Assembly (NCBI GenBank): GCA_951406725.2
Contig: OX597815.1
Location: forward strand, 27,156,001-27,220,000
DNA length: 64,000 nt
From: Octopus vulgaris
Lineage: Eukaryota
Reading direction: 5' to 3'
Translations under genes and position numbers: made by a program
The notes under the pieces: model-generated
Seen by the model: the letters and a program-made list of their open reading frames with translations, nothing else
Database searches by the model: none
Told to the model about the DNA's origin: nothing
Part shown: in pieces, positions 50,038-62,271 of the stretch
Layout: every line of letters starts with the position of its first letter
How positions within the stretch are numbered: position 1 is the first letter of the stretch

Positions 50038-50279
50038 ACCCGGAACTATGTTTTTGGGAAGCAAGCTTCTTACCACACAGCTACACCTGCACCAATGTTG
50101 TTATTGAACTATATTGCTTATCTCTCTCCCTTTCCCTCCTCTTCTCCTGTGAACACGGATATAAGAAAGAGGATCAGAGAGAGAGAGAGAGAGGGGAACG
50201 AGTAATCCATTTCTTACCTGTACAAACCCTAGGCAAATATTTAAAGTCTAAACAATGAATAGGATAAATTTCTACCTCA

Positions 50280-50505
50280 ATATGTGTGTGTGTGTTTGTG
50301 TGTCGGTGTCTGTCCCCCCAACATCGTTTGACAACCGTTGCTGGTGTGTTTACGTCCCCGTAACTTAGCGGTTCGGCAATAGAGACCGATAGAATAAGTA
50401 CTAGGCTTCCAGAGAATAAGTCCTGGTGTCAATTTGCTCGACTAAAGGCGGTGCTCCAGCATGGCCACAGTCAAATGACTGAAACAAGTAAAAGAGTAAA
50501 AGAGA
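50280..50505 (+). mobile_element. SINE family A 3' half
   Basis: Matches the family body and the (taaaagag)n tail. Confidence 0.85.
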
Positions 50506-50742
50506 GATACATCTGAAGATTCAGATTTCTGTCTAAGAAGAGACAAAATTTTAGAATGAAGTGCTCATCTGTAAAATTAGTTGTAACAGGCTGCAGACAT
50601 GGTGATATCATGTCATTAGAAAACAGATAACTGTCCCCACTGGCAACAAATACATCATCTGCATACTAGAAATATTATACTCATTAAATGTTAATGTTTT
50701 ATATACAGGAACTCAGTGGCCAAAATTTTAATTATTTCTATT

Positions 50743-51277
50743 TTAAGTTAAGTTAAGTTAAGTTAAATTAATTTTTTGGCTCAAAAAGCAAAAAGCAAGG
50801 CCATGTAAGGGGACATGGAGTTATGTAGAGGGTGTTCATGCAAAGAATTCAGGCCATTTCTAGTCAAGAGAGACTTTGAACTGAGCGGTCGTCAGCATCT
50901 TCACTATCTCGTCCGGCAGCTTATTCCACGGATCCGCAACCCAGACGGAGAAAGACCCTCTCCTTCGATTGAGATGAAATCGTCTCAGATAGAGTGACCC
51001 CGCAGCCGACGCTCTGGAGCAGAAGTGAAGAACAGCTCTTTTGAGAGGTTACACTTTCTGCTTATGATGTTGTGAGCGAGAATGAGATCACCACGGCGTC
51101 GTCGTTTTTCTAGAGAATAAAGGTTGAGCGTCTTCAGCCTTTCTTCATAAGACAAATGCTTGAGACCAAGAACCATGCGGGTAGCCAGCTTCTGGACTCT
51201 TTTGAGATGATGTATGTCTTTGAGGAGATAAGGAGAAGAGGCTTGAATCCCGTACTCCAATATGGGTCTCACCAGTG
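50743..51277 (-). mobile_element. CR1/L2-group LINE 3' fragment, same family as 32945-34422
   Basis: LVRPILEYGIQASSPYLLKDI... nearly identical to the other copy; (TAACT)n tail. Confidence 0.92.
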
Positions 51278-51489
51278 CAGAAAGTACAAACAACAGAGCA
51301 ACAAAATATTGACAAAGACATTTTATTTTGAAAAATATAAACCAGGTTTAGATCAGTGGTTAATTTCATTTTTAATTTTGAATACAGAGTTGTTTTGTGT
51401 GACAAACTAACATTTTTAAAAATCTAAATTGCACATAAATATATGCATACAGTTGCTACACACATTATTAGGAAAATACATGTTCACAT

Positions 51490-51994
51490 GGTGGAGGCGC
51501 AATAGCCCTGTGGTTAGGGCAGCAGACTCACGGTCGTAGGTTCACAGTTTCGATTCCCAGACTGGGCATTGTGAGTGTTTATTGAGCAAAAACACCTAAA
51601 GCTCCACGAGGCCCCAGTGGGGGTGGGGTGGGGGGGTGAACCCTGCTGTACTGTTTCACCACAATTTTCTCTCACTCTTTCTTCCTGTTTCTGTTGTACC
51701 TCTGTTGTACTCTCTGTGTCACGCTGAATCTCCCCAAGAACTACATTAAGGGTACACATGTCTGTGGAGTGCTCTGCCACTTGCACGTTAATAAATGAGC
51801 TGTGACGTCACTGGTACCAAGCTGTATCGGCCTTTTCCTTTCCCTTGGATAACATTGGTGGCATGGAACGGGGAGGCTGGTATGCGTGGGCGACTGCTGG
51901 TCTTCCATAAACAACCTTGCCCAGACTTGTGCCTCAGAAGGTAATTTTCTAGGTGCAATCCCATGGTCATTCATGACTGAAGCGGGTCACAACA
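51490..51994 (+). mobile_element. tRNA-derived SINE family C, full length
   Basis: tRNA-like head with gtttcgattcc B box; 12-bp TSD acatgttcacat at 51478 and 51995; related 3' tail at 8525-8575 and 60875-61190 (minus). Confidence 0.88.
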
Positions 51995-52090
51995 ACATGT
52001 TCACATATATATTATAGTTTATATTTATAAAATGAAAAAAAATCAAAAACAAAATTACTTTCAGTGTTGATTTTATATTATGAAGGTTCA

Positions 52091-52145
<55 letters not shown>

Positions 52146-52323
52146 TCACACTCACAAAAGACATTGATAGTTCTTCCAGATAAGATACAGTGACCTTTTG
52201 CTTTAAGATATATAACTGCAGGATTGAAAAAGAATCAAAATGAAGCTAGAAATGTACAAAAAATAAACTTTATTCCCTTAGGAAGTGACTCAAATGAGTA
52301 AATATTTCAATTTTTATTATTAA

Positions 52324-52542
52324 CCCTTTAGCATTTAAACCGGCCATATCCGGCCAAAAGTATTCTGCCTGTTTTATGTTCATTGGCCATATCTGGTCTC
52401 TCACACCAACCCTACAATATCGTTTTAAAAATTAACAGCTACCTCATCAAAATCTCATCGCTACAAGATAATGCCTGATTAGTTCAAGGCAATGTGGATA
52501 AAAAAGGATTAATTTTGGCAGAATAATGCGAACACTAAAGGG
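52324..52542. mobile_element. piggyBac-type MITE
   Basis: TTAA|ccctttag ... ctaaaggg|TTAA. Confidence 0.88.
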
Positions 52543-53000
52543 TTAAATATCATTATTATAAACTTCTGTTTTTATTTCTCAGTTGTGTGACGGTTAGTTT
52601 ATGAAGGTGGCATTAAAATTGAGGAAAATGATAACATGTTTTTCTTGCGAATTTACAAATGAGAAATTTTTTTAATTTAATTTTATTATAAGGTAATATT
52701 TCACATTTGAAAGTTAGTGTTTGTTTCATCATTTTGTATAAGCATCAAGAAATTCGATAAAATGCAAATTATAATTTTTGTAAGTATGCCATATTTCCTG
52801 AAATTACCCTTGGCGGCAAAAATGTACTTCCAAAGTACACTCAACTTGATCAAGCAGAAACTTGTTATTGGTGGTTTTAGAGAGAGAGACAGAGACAGAG
52901 ACAGACAGACAAAGACAGACAGACAGACAGGCAGGCAGACAGACAGACAGAGTGTGTGTGTGTGTGTGTTTGGCTACTGGAGATAATGTTGGACAATTAT

Positions 53001-53041
53001 CACGCTGATGAGGCCTATTGAGGCAGAAACATACATTCACA
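53001..53041 (+). ncRNA. Decayed minimal hammerhead motif
   Basis: CTGATGA-ggcct-attg-aggca-GAAA core present; stems I and III pair only if CA is read as decayed CG. Confidence 0.4.
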
Positions 53042-53703
53042 CTGTTCTCTTATTTCCAGATAATAAACCAGTCCTTTCCCCTCAATGGCATGTCAACTTC
53101 AGAAATTTCTTGATTCTTGAAATTTTCCCGTCCACCATCCTTCTCATACGGAGCTGGTCTTAATTACCATTTGGTGATTGTGACATATCCTTGAGAAGTG
53201 GAGATGATGTTAATAAACCAGGAATTTATGTTGTATGGTATCTGATATACCTGTATTCTCTCCCTCTCCATCCCCCTCTCTCTCTCTCTCTCTTAATATA
53301 TTCTGACTTTCACAGAAAATTCTGGATGCTAATGAAGCAGTTTCAAAACATTTTCAATAAGGACACCTTATTTGAATGAATTCTCCCATGGACCACAAGC
53401 CTTGAATGGTCTGTCAGTCTGCTGAATAAACTAACTTCACTAACTAGCAATAAACTCGTTTTCCCAGTTTCATCTCCCAGTTGAAAGATATATATATATG
53501 AGCAGAGATACCTGGCATTGTTCGGGATTAAAATGGCATAGCTTTTTATTGTTTTACTTGTTTCGGTCATGTGACTGCACCCATGCTGGAGCACAGCCTT
53601 TAGTGGAAGAAATCATATATATTACTGTTCTATATTTAAGAGATGTGTAATTATGTACATTATTTACAATTGACGAACATTTGTCCTCATCTTGTTTGTT
53701 GTT

Positions 53704-53749
53704 GACACAACATTTCAGCTGATATACCCTCCAGCCTTCTTCAGATGTC
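53704..53749 (-). ncRNA. Minimal type I hammerhead motif
   Basis: GACAT-CTGAAGA-A-GGCTG-loop-CAGCT-GAAA-TG-TT-GTGTC. Confidence 0.68.
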
Positions 53750-53801
53750 TTGGGGAAATTTCGAACCTGGGTTCTCATTCCTAAGGTATTTTTCGATGTT
53801 G

Positions 53802-53839
<38 letters not shown>

Positions 53840-53978
53840 GTTCAGGTCACTGCTTGAAATCAATCTCAGAATCTTAGGGTTAGTAGCTCGTGCTCTTAAC
53901 CAATATGCCATATGCCCATGGGCATACGGTGTAGTTCAATTCCAAGCAGTGACCTGAACAATAATAGTAATAATAATG

Positions 53979-54021
<43 letters not shown>

Positions 54022-54022
<1 letters not shown>

Positions 54023-54387
54023 TACCATTATGATCCAGCACTGCCGGGTCATAGTGCTAGTGCATGCATATACAGCTGCGTGCGTGCGCACATACACGCG
54101 AGTACTGTCCAAATCTCCGACCAATCACATACAGCTAGCTGGCATTCAATTGGTGTATCAAGTTTCGGGCATTTTGACTGGGTTTTGGATAGAAAATTCA
54201 CAAAAAGTCACTTCTATTGATTTTATAATGTTTTTGCTGGGTGACTGGGGAAATGTAAAAATGTGCATGATCACCCTTGGACGGTTTTGAATGACCATAG
54301 AAAGTGCAAGCCTTCTAACTGAAAAATTGTGGATTTGTATAAAGGACACGCACACAGACATTTTGCCGTTTATATATATATATAGAG

Positions 54388-54388
<1 letters not shown>
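54022..54388 (-). mobile_element. Helitron-like element inserted in (AAT)n
   Basis: A|TCTCTATATA..AAACGG..TGTCTGTG start; imperfect 40-bp terminal palindrome at 54021-54061. Confidence 0.65.
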
Positions 54389-54423
<35 letters not shown>

Positions 54424-54470
54424 TCGAAAAATACTTCAGAAATGAGAACCCAGGTTTGAAATTTCCCCAA

Positions 54471-54513
54471 GACACCTGAAGAAGGTTGGAGTGTATATCT
54501 GCCAAAACGTGTC
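54471..54513 (+). ncRNA. Mutated copy of the 53704-53749 hammerhead
   Basis: GACAC-CTGAAGA-A-GGTTG..CTGCC-AAAA-CG-TGTC; GAAA changed to AAAA plus a short deletion, so probably inactive. Confidence 0.5.
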
Positions 54514-54604
54514 AACAATAAGCAAGATGAGGACAAATATCCATCGAATGTAAATAATGTAAATAAATCATATATATATATATATATATATAATATATAA
54601 ATAG

Positions 54605-55478
54605 ATGAGTGTATTTTTACCTTGTTAACAATTAACACGGAAAAAATAAATAAATAGTTACCAGGGTAGCAAAAAGCTCACAAGTAAAGATGTTGTAACT
54701 CCTTGTTTATAAAGGTAGAAACTTCGTGTTTACATGGAATATTTTGAATAATATATGAATAAATAAATGGAGTTTAACACAGGTGTAAATCAAATATTTT
54801 TACTTTCGACACATGTTTCGAAAATTCCACTGATACTATTCAAAAGAATAAATGGTATAAACAATGCAATCTTCTCTTCAGGAAAGTGAAAAAAACGAAA
54901 CTCGTCAATAAGACATTTTAGCAAAAAATGATGGATTTGTATAGCGATTGACTGAACGCTATTAATATTGTTTAAAAAAACGTTATATGATATAACATCA
55001 TAAGTAGCTAACAGAAAGAGTAGGGATATTAATAGTGAATGTTAAATATAAAGGAAATTAAAGTTTAAATTATATATAATGATAGAGACTACTTATATGC
55101 ACTAAATGTGTGTTTTTGCCAATGTTTTTACATCTGTATGCTCACTCTATAACCGTGTTTACTAGGGGATTTTTAGAAAAAATAATGAAAAATAGCTCAG
55201 AATTGCAGAGAAGACAGAATTCCTTACCTTTGTCATAAGGTATCGAAATTGAGAGAATCAACCATTCTAAATGAAATTGTTCATTGTGGTCTTTTAAATC
55301 CCAAATCAGTTTGCTGAGACCGGTACTATTACGTTTATTTCTATCCCTAAATGTTGAGTAATGGATAGAAATTCTTTTAGATAACTCTAACGATGTGCTT
55401 CCAGTGTAAAATCGTACTTTATTACGAGTACTGATTATACACTGGTATATAGAATTTTTAATCTTAGAGTTACTTGAC
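54605..55478 (-). mobile_element. Penelope-like element 2, 3' fragment
   Basis: Minus-strand translation KNSIYQCIIST..FYTGST..KRISIHYSTFR..STGLSKLIWDLKD..LEWLIL..FCLLCNSE is homologous to the GIY-YIG of element 1 and is absent from the ORF track. Confidence 0.85.
54802..54887 (-). ncRNA. Type I hammerhead ribozyme motif with extended stem II
   Basis: ACTTTC-CTGAAGA-GAAGATT...AATTTTC-GAAA-CATGT-GTC-GAAAGT; perfect 6-bp stem I, GUC triplet. Confidence 0.85.
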
Positions 55479-55479
55479 G

Positions 55480-55723
55480 TAATGTGCTAGTTAAATAATC
55501 AATTGGTTATTTGTAAGTTAAAATTCTTTGGGCACCATTCACGACCTTTTCAGTGATTTAGTGACTTCTCCTGTTTCTGCAAAGTCTGTTGGGCCTGCTC
55601 TGAGCCTCTCAGTACACACCTTGCAGCAAGGGGGGAAGTCACTAAATCACTGAAAAGGTTGTGAACGGTGCCAAAAGAATTTTAACTTACAAATAACCAA
55701 TTGATTGTTTAACTAGCACATTA
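55480..55723. repeat. Long inverted repeat (about 89-bp arms)
   Basis: 55480-55568 is the reverse complement of 55635-55723 with a few mismatches. Confidence 0.9.
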
Positions 55724-55902
55724 TGTGGACGATCGTTAAGTTAGTTGGTTGGATATTTAAGCAATTGACTAATAATTAAAAGAATTGTAATTGGACCTCT
55801 GCGTGTGTTATTATTGGGGTAATGACTCTCCGAAAGACATAACAAAATTTGTTTCAACACTTGAATTCAGATCAAGAACCTTGCAAACCAATTACAAAAA
55901 TG

Positions 55903-55969
<67 letters not shown>

Positions 55970-56764
55970 GTGTGTGTGTGCTGTGTGTGTGTGTGCTGTG
56001 TGTGTGTGTGTGTAACGGATGTGTGTGTGTGTGTGGGTGTGGGAGGGTGTGGGTGTGCATGTATATATAGAGACTTTATTTGTCTGAGAGAGAGATATCT
56101 GATATCAACTTTTACATAAACTCTGCATATCTCGTTATGAGCCTGATGGAATTATGTTCTCTTTAAATGTGAACTCTGTATTGAGGCTAATACCACAAAT
56201 GGTAAAATGTTAAAAAATTATGAAGAGAAAGAGATGTAAACAATATTACAGTATAAATATGCAAGTAGAACACAATGTAGAATTAGGCATATTATTTTCG
56301 ATAATTATGAAAGCTAATACAAGGGCAATGTCTTCTGAAGTTCTTAGTGTCAAAGAAAAATTTATAATTTGTAAGACAAAAGTTTCTACCAAGTAGATTT
56401 TTTTTTTCTGTCTAATTCATTAGAACAACAAACAGTTCTTTCTGACATTGTTTCTGCTTGCTTATTTTCAAGAGAACCTTTGGTATGGGGTAACTACTGT
56501 TGAACAGCAGGCTCTAGTTGTTGGTGGACATCAGGGGTTGACATTGTCCATTACAAACTGAATTATTCATGCTGAGATTCCCTGAAGTATTTGAATCATG
56601 GATTTTTCATTATTTAAAATCCAACACAATTCTTCTTGATCTTTTCAGTTTGACACATGTCTTCCTATTTTGCTGAAAATTTCAATACAAAAATAATTTT
56701 ACTTGCTAATTCTAAAAATTAGGAACATTTCTTTGGAGAAATTAGTAGTAAAAAATTATGAACC

Positions 56765-57186
56765 TGTAACGAGGCACAAGAAGCCAGCACCATTTTGAAT
56801 GAGATCTCACCTGCAACCATTTGCCATGCATGAGACAACAATGAGATTCTCGCTGGCAACCAGTATTTAAGCAAGAAACAACGACATTCACTCTCTCATT
56901 TTCTTCTCATGCTTGCGCTGAGAAACATTGCACAGCCAGCAGCTCACAGTGGACTCTTGTCCCACTCTGACTCCACATGCTTATCTCCAGAAGTAATGAA
57001 CCTCATGTGTACGGAGTTAAGACAAACCACGCGCTGCTATAAAGATGGTCACTGAGAGCAAACCTCATGAACGAGAGCTCTGTGAATAAATGGCTATTGA
57101 ATTGTACTCTGCTTGTGAACTTCTTCATATTCCAGACCCTTGAAAATACAAGAAATGATTATAATTGGAGAAGGAGATACTCCACA
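56765..57186 (+). mobile_element. Possible solo LTR
   Basis: TGT...ACA ends with internal TATAAA and AATAAA in LTR order; no matching TSD. Confidence 0.35.
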
Positions 57187-57223
57187 GGTATCATAAACCT
57201 TCCATTCCATTATAAACCTTTAA

Positions 57224-57423
57224 CCCTTTAGTATTTAGGTTTCTTAGTGAAATATAATGCTTATTGATACACATTGTTTGGAATTAATTCTGCATTGTCT
57301 TGTAGCTTCAAGATTTCAAAGATATGATTGTTCATTCTTAGAATAACATTATAGGGGATACATGAGAGGTTGGATCTGGTCAGTTTTAACATAAAACAGA
57401 TTACTGGGGCCAGTACTAAACGG
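57224..57423. mobile_element. piggyBac-type MITE (opposite orientation to 52324)
   Basis: TTAA|ccctttagta ... tactaaacgg|TTAA. Confidence 0.8.
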
Positions 57424-57918
57424 TTAAATACTGAAATTTTTGAATAGTGACAATTAGAAAATGTTCCTAAATCTTGAAGCCAAATTTTGCTTGAAGCTGA
57501 TTGCATTTTTAATTTCAGTTGGTGGTATTTCAAACTGGTCATAATATGTACATATGGGAGATTTTTGTATTTAATTTCATCAAGCTGTCACTTGTATCAG
57601 TATATTTGACAGCTACGGAAGAATTTTAATTTTACTGTTGTATTGCAGTCATCTTGTTTGCAATTGGAGAGATATCCGGTGCAATTAAGAATTATTTTTT
57701 AGTGGTGTTATTCATGTCTGTGTTTTTGCAGTGCATTTTCATGTTCCTTAAGATAGGAGAGCATGATTACAAGGAGGTTTGGCAACAATTTGCAGTATCG
57801 CAATTCTATTCCTTAAATAACAGAAAAATTATTTGAATAAAATTTTTTTACAGAGTGTTCTGGGTGCTTTTACACAGTACTGGCACAAGTACTTTTACAT
57901 GGCACCAGTATGGGCACT

Positions 57919-58027
57919 TTTTATGTGGTACCAGCACCATTTTACCATTTTATGTGGCACCAGCACCATTTTACCATTTTATGTGGCACCAGCACCATTT
58001 TACCATTTTATGTGGCACCAGCACCAC
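57919..58027. repeat. 29-bp minisatellite
   Basis: ttttatgtggcaccagcaccattttacca, about 3.7 units; related to the RTE-tail motif. Confidence 0.85.
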
Positions 58028-59407
58028 CAGCCCAAGATCCATGGGAATGTATTTCTGTAAGAATTTTCTGTTACACAGAGTAATTCTTCCACAGCCATCT
58101 GCCCTTATACTCTCTTTACTCTTCTTTACTTGTTTCTGTCATTTGACTGCCGCCATGCTGGAGCACTGCCTTTAGTCAAGTAAATCGACCCCAGGACTTA
58201 TTCTTTGTAAGCCTAGTTCTGATCAAATTTTATGTGATTAAAATAACTAACATTATCACATTTTAGTAGGATTTGATTTAATCTGATTTTGTAATTTGAT
58301 TTATCCTTAACAATGAGTGTTCAAATCATTTGGCCATTTACATCTGCCTACTTTCTTACATGAGGATTCTGCAATATCTCATGATGTTTGTATTTGCCAT
58401 GTACAGAGGTGGTGAGAAAGGATCTTCAGAGGTTGGGCTTCACAGAGGGAATGACAGGGGACTGAGACTCCTGGGGGTTTGTTGTGCTAGAGAAGATACA
58501 TCAAGCTAAGTAAAATCATGGTTGTCCTTGCATACAGGCATGTACCCTACATCCTTCTCCAGCTGAGTGTTCCAAATCTTGTGGGCTTATGGGTGCTGGT
58601 GCCACGTAAAAAGTAACTGTGCTGGGGACACATAAAAGCAACCAGATCACTGTAAAGCGGTTGATGTTAGGAAGGGCATTAAGTTGAAGAAACCATACCT
58701 AAACAAACAGGGGGCCTGGGCAGCTCTTCAGGTGGCCAGCTCCTGTCAAACCATCCAAACTATGCCAGCATAGAAGACAGATGTTAAATGATGATGATGA
58801 TGACGATGATGATGATGATGACGACGATGATGATGATGATGATGATGATGATGACGACGACGACGATGACGATGATGATTATGATGATGATGAGTCAAAT
58901 ATTGCACATCAATGGTGACAGTTTTGGTGTTTATGACTGGCATGTTGGAATTATTGAAGCATAGCTATTTGAAAGACATTTGTATCCAGTTTATCACTTG
59001 GTTCATTGTTGTTGATATCATCGGGCATTTTACTGTTTTCAAAGCTACTTCAGCAATTCCTGTGTAGAAAAGTAACAGTTGGAAATTGATGCTGAACACA
59101 CCAAACATGTAGGAAGTCTCTTGCTGATTGCATCTGTGGCTTCTGATCCACCATCAGGTGATAATTCATCAGGATGCTGTAATGAAAATGGTCGTTTCAG
59201 TCCATGTGATCATGAGGAATAGATTTAAAATAGTGACGACATCAACAATGTCAACAATGATTTCTTCAGTTTCAGTTATTCTATTAAATAACTAAATTGC
59301 TTTAATTTGTTCCACACCATTTAAACAGCTTTGACAGCCAATGTCAGCGTTCCTGGAATAATAACTGTTTTCGGTTTATGGATGTGGTCTTGGTTAAGCC
59401 CAAAGCA

Positions 59408-59872
59408 TACTCTCTTTACTCTCTTTTACTCTCTTTTACTTGTTTCAGTCATTTGACTGCGGCCATGCTGGAGCACTGCCTTTAGTCAAGTAAATCGACC
59501 CCAGGACTTATTCTTTGTAAGCCTAGTACTTATTCTATCGGTCTGTTTTGCCGAACTGCTAATTTACGGGGGAGTAAACACACCGACATTGGTTGTCAAG
59601 CGATGTTGGGGGGACAAAGACACACAAACATATACACACAAACACAAAGACACACAAACATATACACACACATACATATATATATATTCATAAATACGAC
59701 GGACTTCTTTCAGTTTCTGTTTACCAAATCCACTCACAAAGCTTTGGTCGGCCCGAGGCTACAGCAGAAGACTCTTGCCCAAGGTGCCACGCAGTGGGAA
59801 TGAACCTGAAACCATGTGGTTGGTAAGCAAGCTACTTACCTCACAGCAAGCTACTTACCACACAGCCACTCC
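59408..59872 (-). mobile_element. SINE family A, full length, with small internal duplications
   Basis: Complete reverse copy; a 3'-end fragment also lies at 58108-58216. Confidence 0.88.
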
Positions 59873-60303
59873 TTCGAAATCTTGCAAGATGTTATTGCTG
59901 TGAGGTTAATGCATGGTTATATGGTTGGGAGGGCTGCTTCATCCAAGTGTTTTGAAGTTGATTATGCAAATAACAATCAATGGCAATCTTTATTCTCAGA
60001 GGATGTTACGATACATGAGGAATCAAAGACAGCATTTTTATTGAGATCAATAAAATAAAGTACCAGCAAAGTACTTGGGTCAATATGAATGACTAACTTC
60101 CTCACTTCAAAATTGCTGGATTTGAACCAAAATTAGAAAGAATTGTTGCTATTGTTTCAAAAAACTTGGAAATCATATTTCGATAAAAAATATTACGAAA
60201 TTAGGATTTTTAAAGAATTTTGTAGACTGTAAACTTAAATAATCGCTTTCTTTCAATACAAGTAACATACCCCAAACAAACTAAAAAGCATATTATAGTA
60301 TAG

Positions 60304-60381
<78 letters not shown>

Positions 60382-61192
60382 GCAAACTCTTTCATAGGCA
60401 AGAATACTATTATATATATATTTAGGTGAATACTATTACTGCAAATGATCAAGTTCTGAAAATAAGATATACTTGTGATATGATATGTATAATACATTAA
60501 ACATAATGTTGAAGAAAATGCTGAGGTAAGGTGAGGTCAGTTCACAAATCCCAAGACACACAATGTCTATGTCAAGCTGAACAATACACTATACGTTTTG
60601 AAATACATTTGTTTTTCAAATGTAATAGTGGTAGGATATTGAATTTTCTTCTTTCTGTCTGTTCATATATACCTTGTTAATGTTTAATCATGGGCTAATC
60701 TTTGCATCATTAGTTTACCTTTTATCTTTTATTTGCTTCAGTCATTGGGCTGTGGCCATGCAGGAGCACAGCTCTGAAACACTAAATCAAACAGATTGAC
60801 CCCAGTATTCATTTCCTTAAACCTTTGAGTTTATTTATGATTGCCTGTCTTAACCTACTATGCAAAAAAAGGTTAAGGACCCATTTCGGTCATGAATGCC
60901 CATGAGATTGCACATAGAAATTTACCCTCTGAAGCTCATGTCCAGGCAAGATTGTTTTATGGAAAACCAGCAGTGGCCCATACATACCAGCCTCCCCTCT
61001 CCATTCTGCCAATGTTATCCAAGAGAAAGGCAAAGCCTAATACAGCTTGGCACCAGTGACATCACAGTTCAGTTCTACAGCTGAGTGAACTGGAGCAACA
61101 TGAAACAAAGTGTCTTGCTCAAGAACACAACTCACAGCCCAGTCTGGGAATCAAACTCACTACCTCATGATTGTGAGTCTAATGCTATAACC

Positions 61193-61880
61193 CAGGCCTA
61201 GCCAACTCAAATTACATCACAGATCACTTTAATCACCAGAAAGATTTTTGAGGGCCACTTGTATACTTTATGCGCTAATAGTCAAATAATCAAATTACAG
61301 AATCAAGAATTTTTCATACTTTTTGTTTGTTTAAAATTATAAAACTGTAGGCTATTGCTTTATTGCCACTTATAAATTTTAAATTTATTTTGAAATATAT
61401 GTTTTACACAAATAATTTTATTTTGAAATTAAACACAGTAAAGGATGCAATAAAAATAAAACAAGTATCAAAATTATAATTTAATGAGATATTTGCTTTA
61501 TCGTCTTTTGACTTATTTTCTTCAAATCTATTTCAAGGTTACTTACTGCTCAGCACAGTTGACTGCTCAAATTTTCATTAGTTATTGAGCTTCACGTTTT
61601 ACTTTTTGCAAACTTCAGTTTTGAAAACAATGTTTCGCATGTGTAAGTAGAGCCAAAAGCACTCAAAATTCGTTGCGAAAAGGCTCTCAAATTAGGATAT
61701 TTCTCAAATGTGATTAAATTTTTTGTAAAAGTCATATCTTGAAGTTTTCTCAGGAAGAAGTTCAAGTTCCATATTACACTGCAATTCAATCATTTCCTTT
61801 TATAGATTTTCAGGAACAGTCTCAACATCAACATCAAATGGAAAAGAATAACTTTCAAATTTTTCAGGCTGTTAATTCTT
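61193..61880 (-). mobile_element. hAT (Charlie/SPIN-like) transposon 3' relic
   Basis: CAGGCCTAGCCAAC terminus; YPNLR..FGSTYTCETLFSKLK dimerisation-domain motif. Confidence 0.8.
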
Positions 61881-61906
61881 TTAATACAGACACACACACA
61901 CATGAA

Positions 61907-61939
<33 letters not shown>

Positions 61940-62271
61940 CCCCGACTGGCTTCTGTGCCGGTGGCACATAAAAAGCACCACCCGAACGTGGCCGTTGCCA
62001 GCGCCGCCTTGGCTGGCTTCCGTGCCGGTGCACGTTAAATGCTCCAACCGATCGTGGCCGATGCCGGAACCCCTGGCACCTGTGCAGGTGGCACGTAAAA
62101 AGCACCCACTACACTCGCGGAGTAGTTGGCTTTAGGAAGGGCATCCAGCTGTAGAAACTCTGCCAGATCAGACTGGCGTCTGGTGCAGCCCCTGACTTCC
62201 CAGACCCTGGTCGAACCGTCCAACCCGTGCTAGCACGGAAAACGGACGTTAAACGATGATGATGATGATGA
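61940..62271 (+). mobile_element. RTE 3'-tail repeat
   Basis: Three gtgcNggtggcac units, common tail and (GAT)n. Confidence 0.85.

Larger units (their letters stand above)
53612..54570. mobile_element. Head-to-head dimer of a tRNA-head + (AAT)n + hammerhead-tail element
   Basis: Palindrome centred at 53918/53919; arms 53655-53840 and 54400-54566 are inverted copies; tRNA-like head at 53845-53917 (minus). Confidence 0.75.

Noticed and set aside
53845-53917. Functional tRNA gene (also the heads at 36031 and 51490)
   Set aside because: Acceptor and T stems are mismatched, and each head is fused to a repeat body.
58900-59280. Coding-looking minus-strand stretch
   Set aside because: Stops in every frame I tried, and no recognisable domain.
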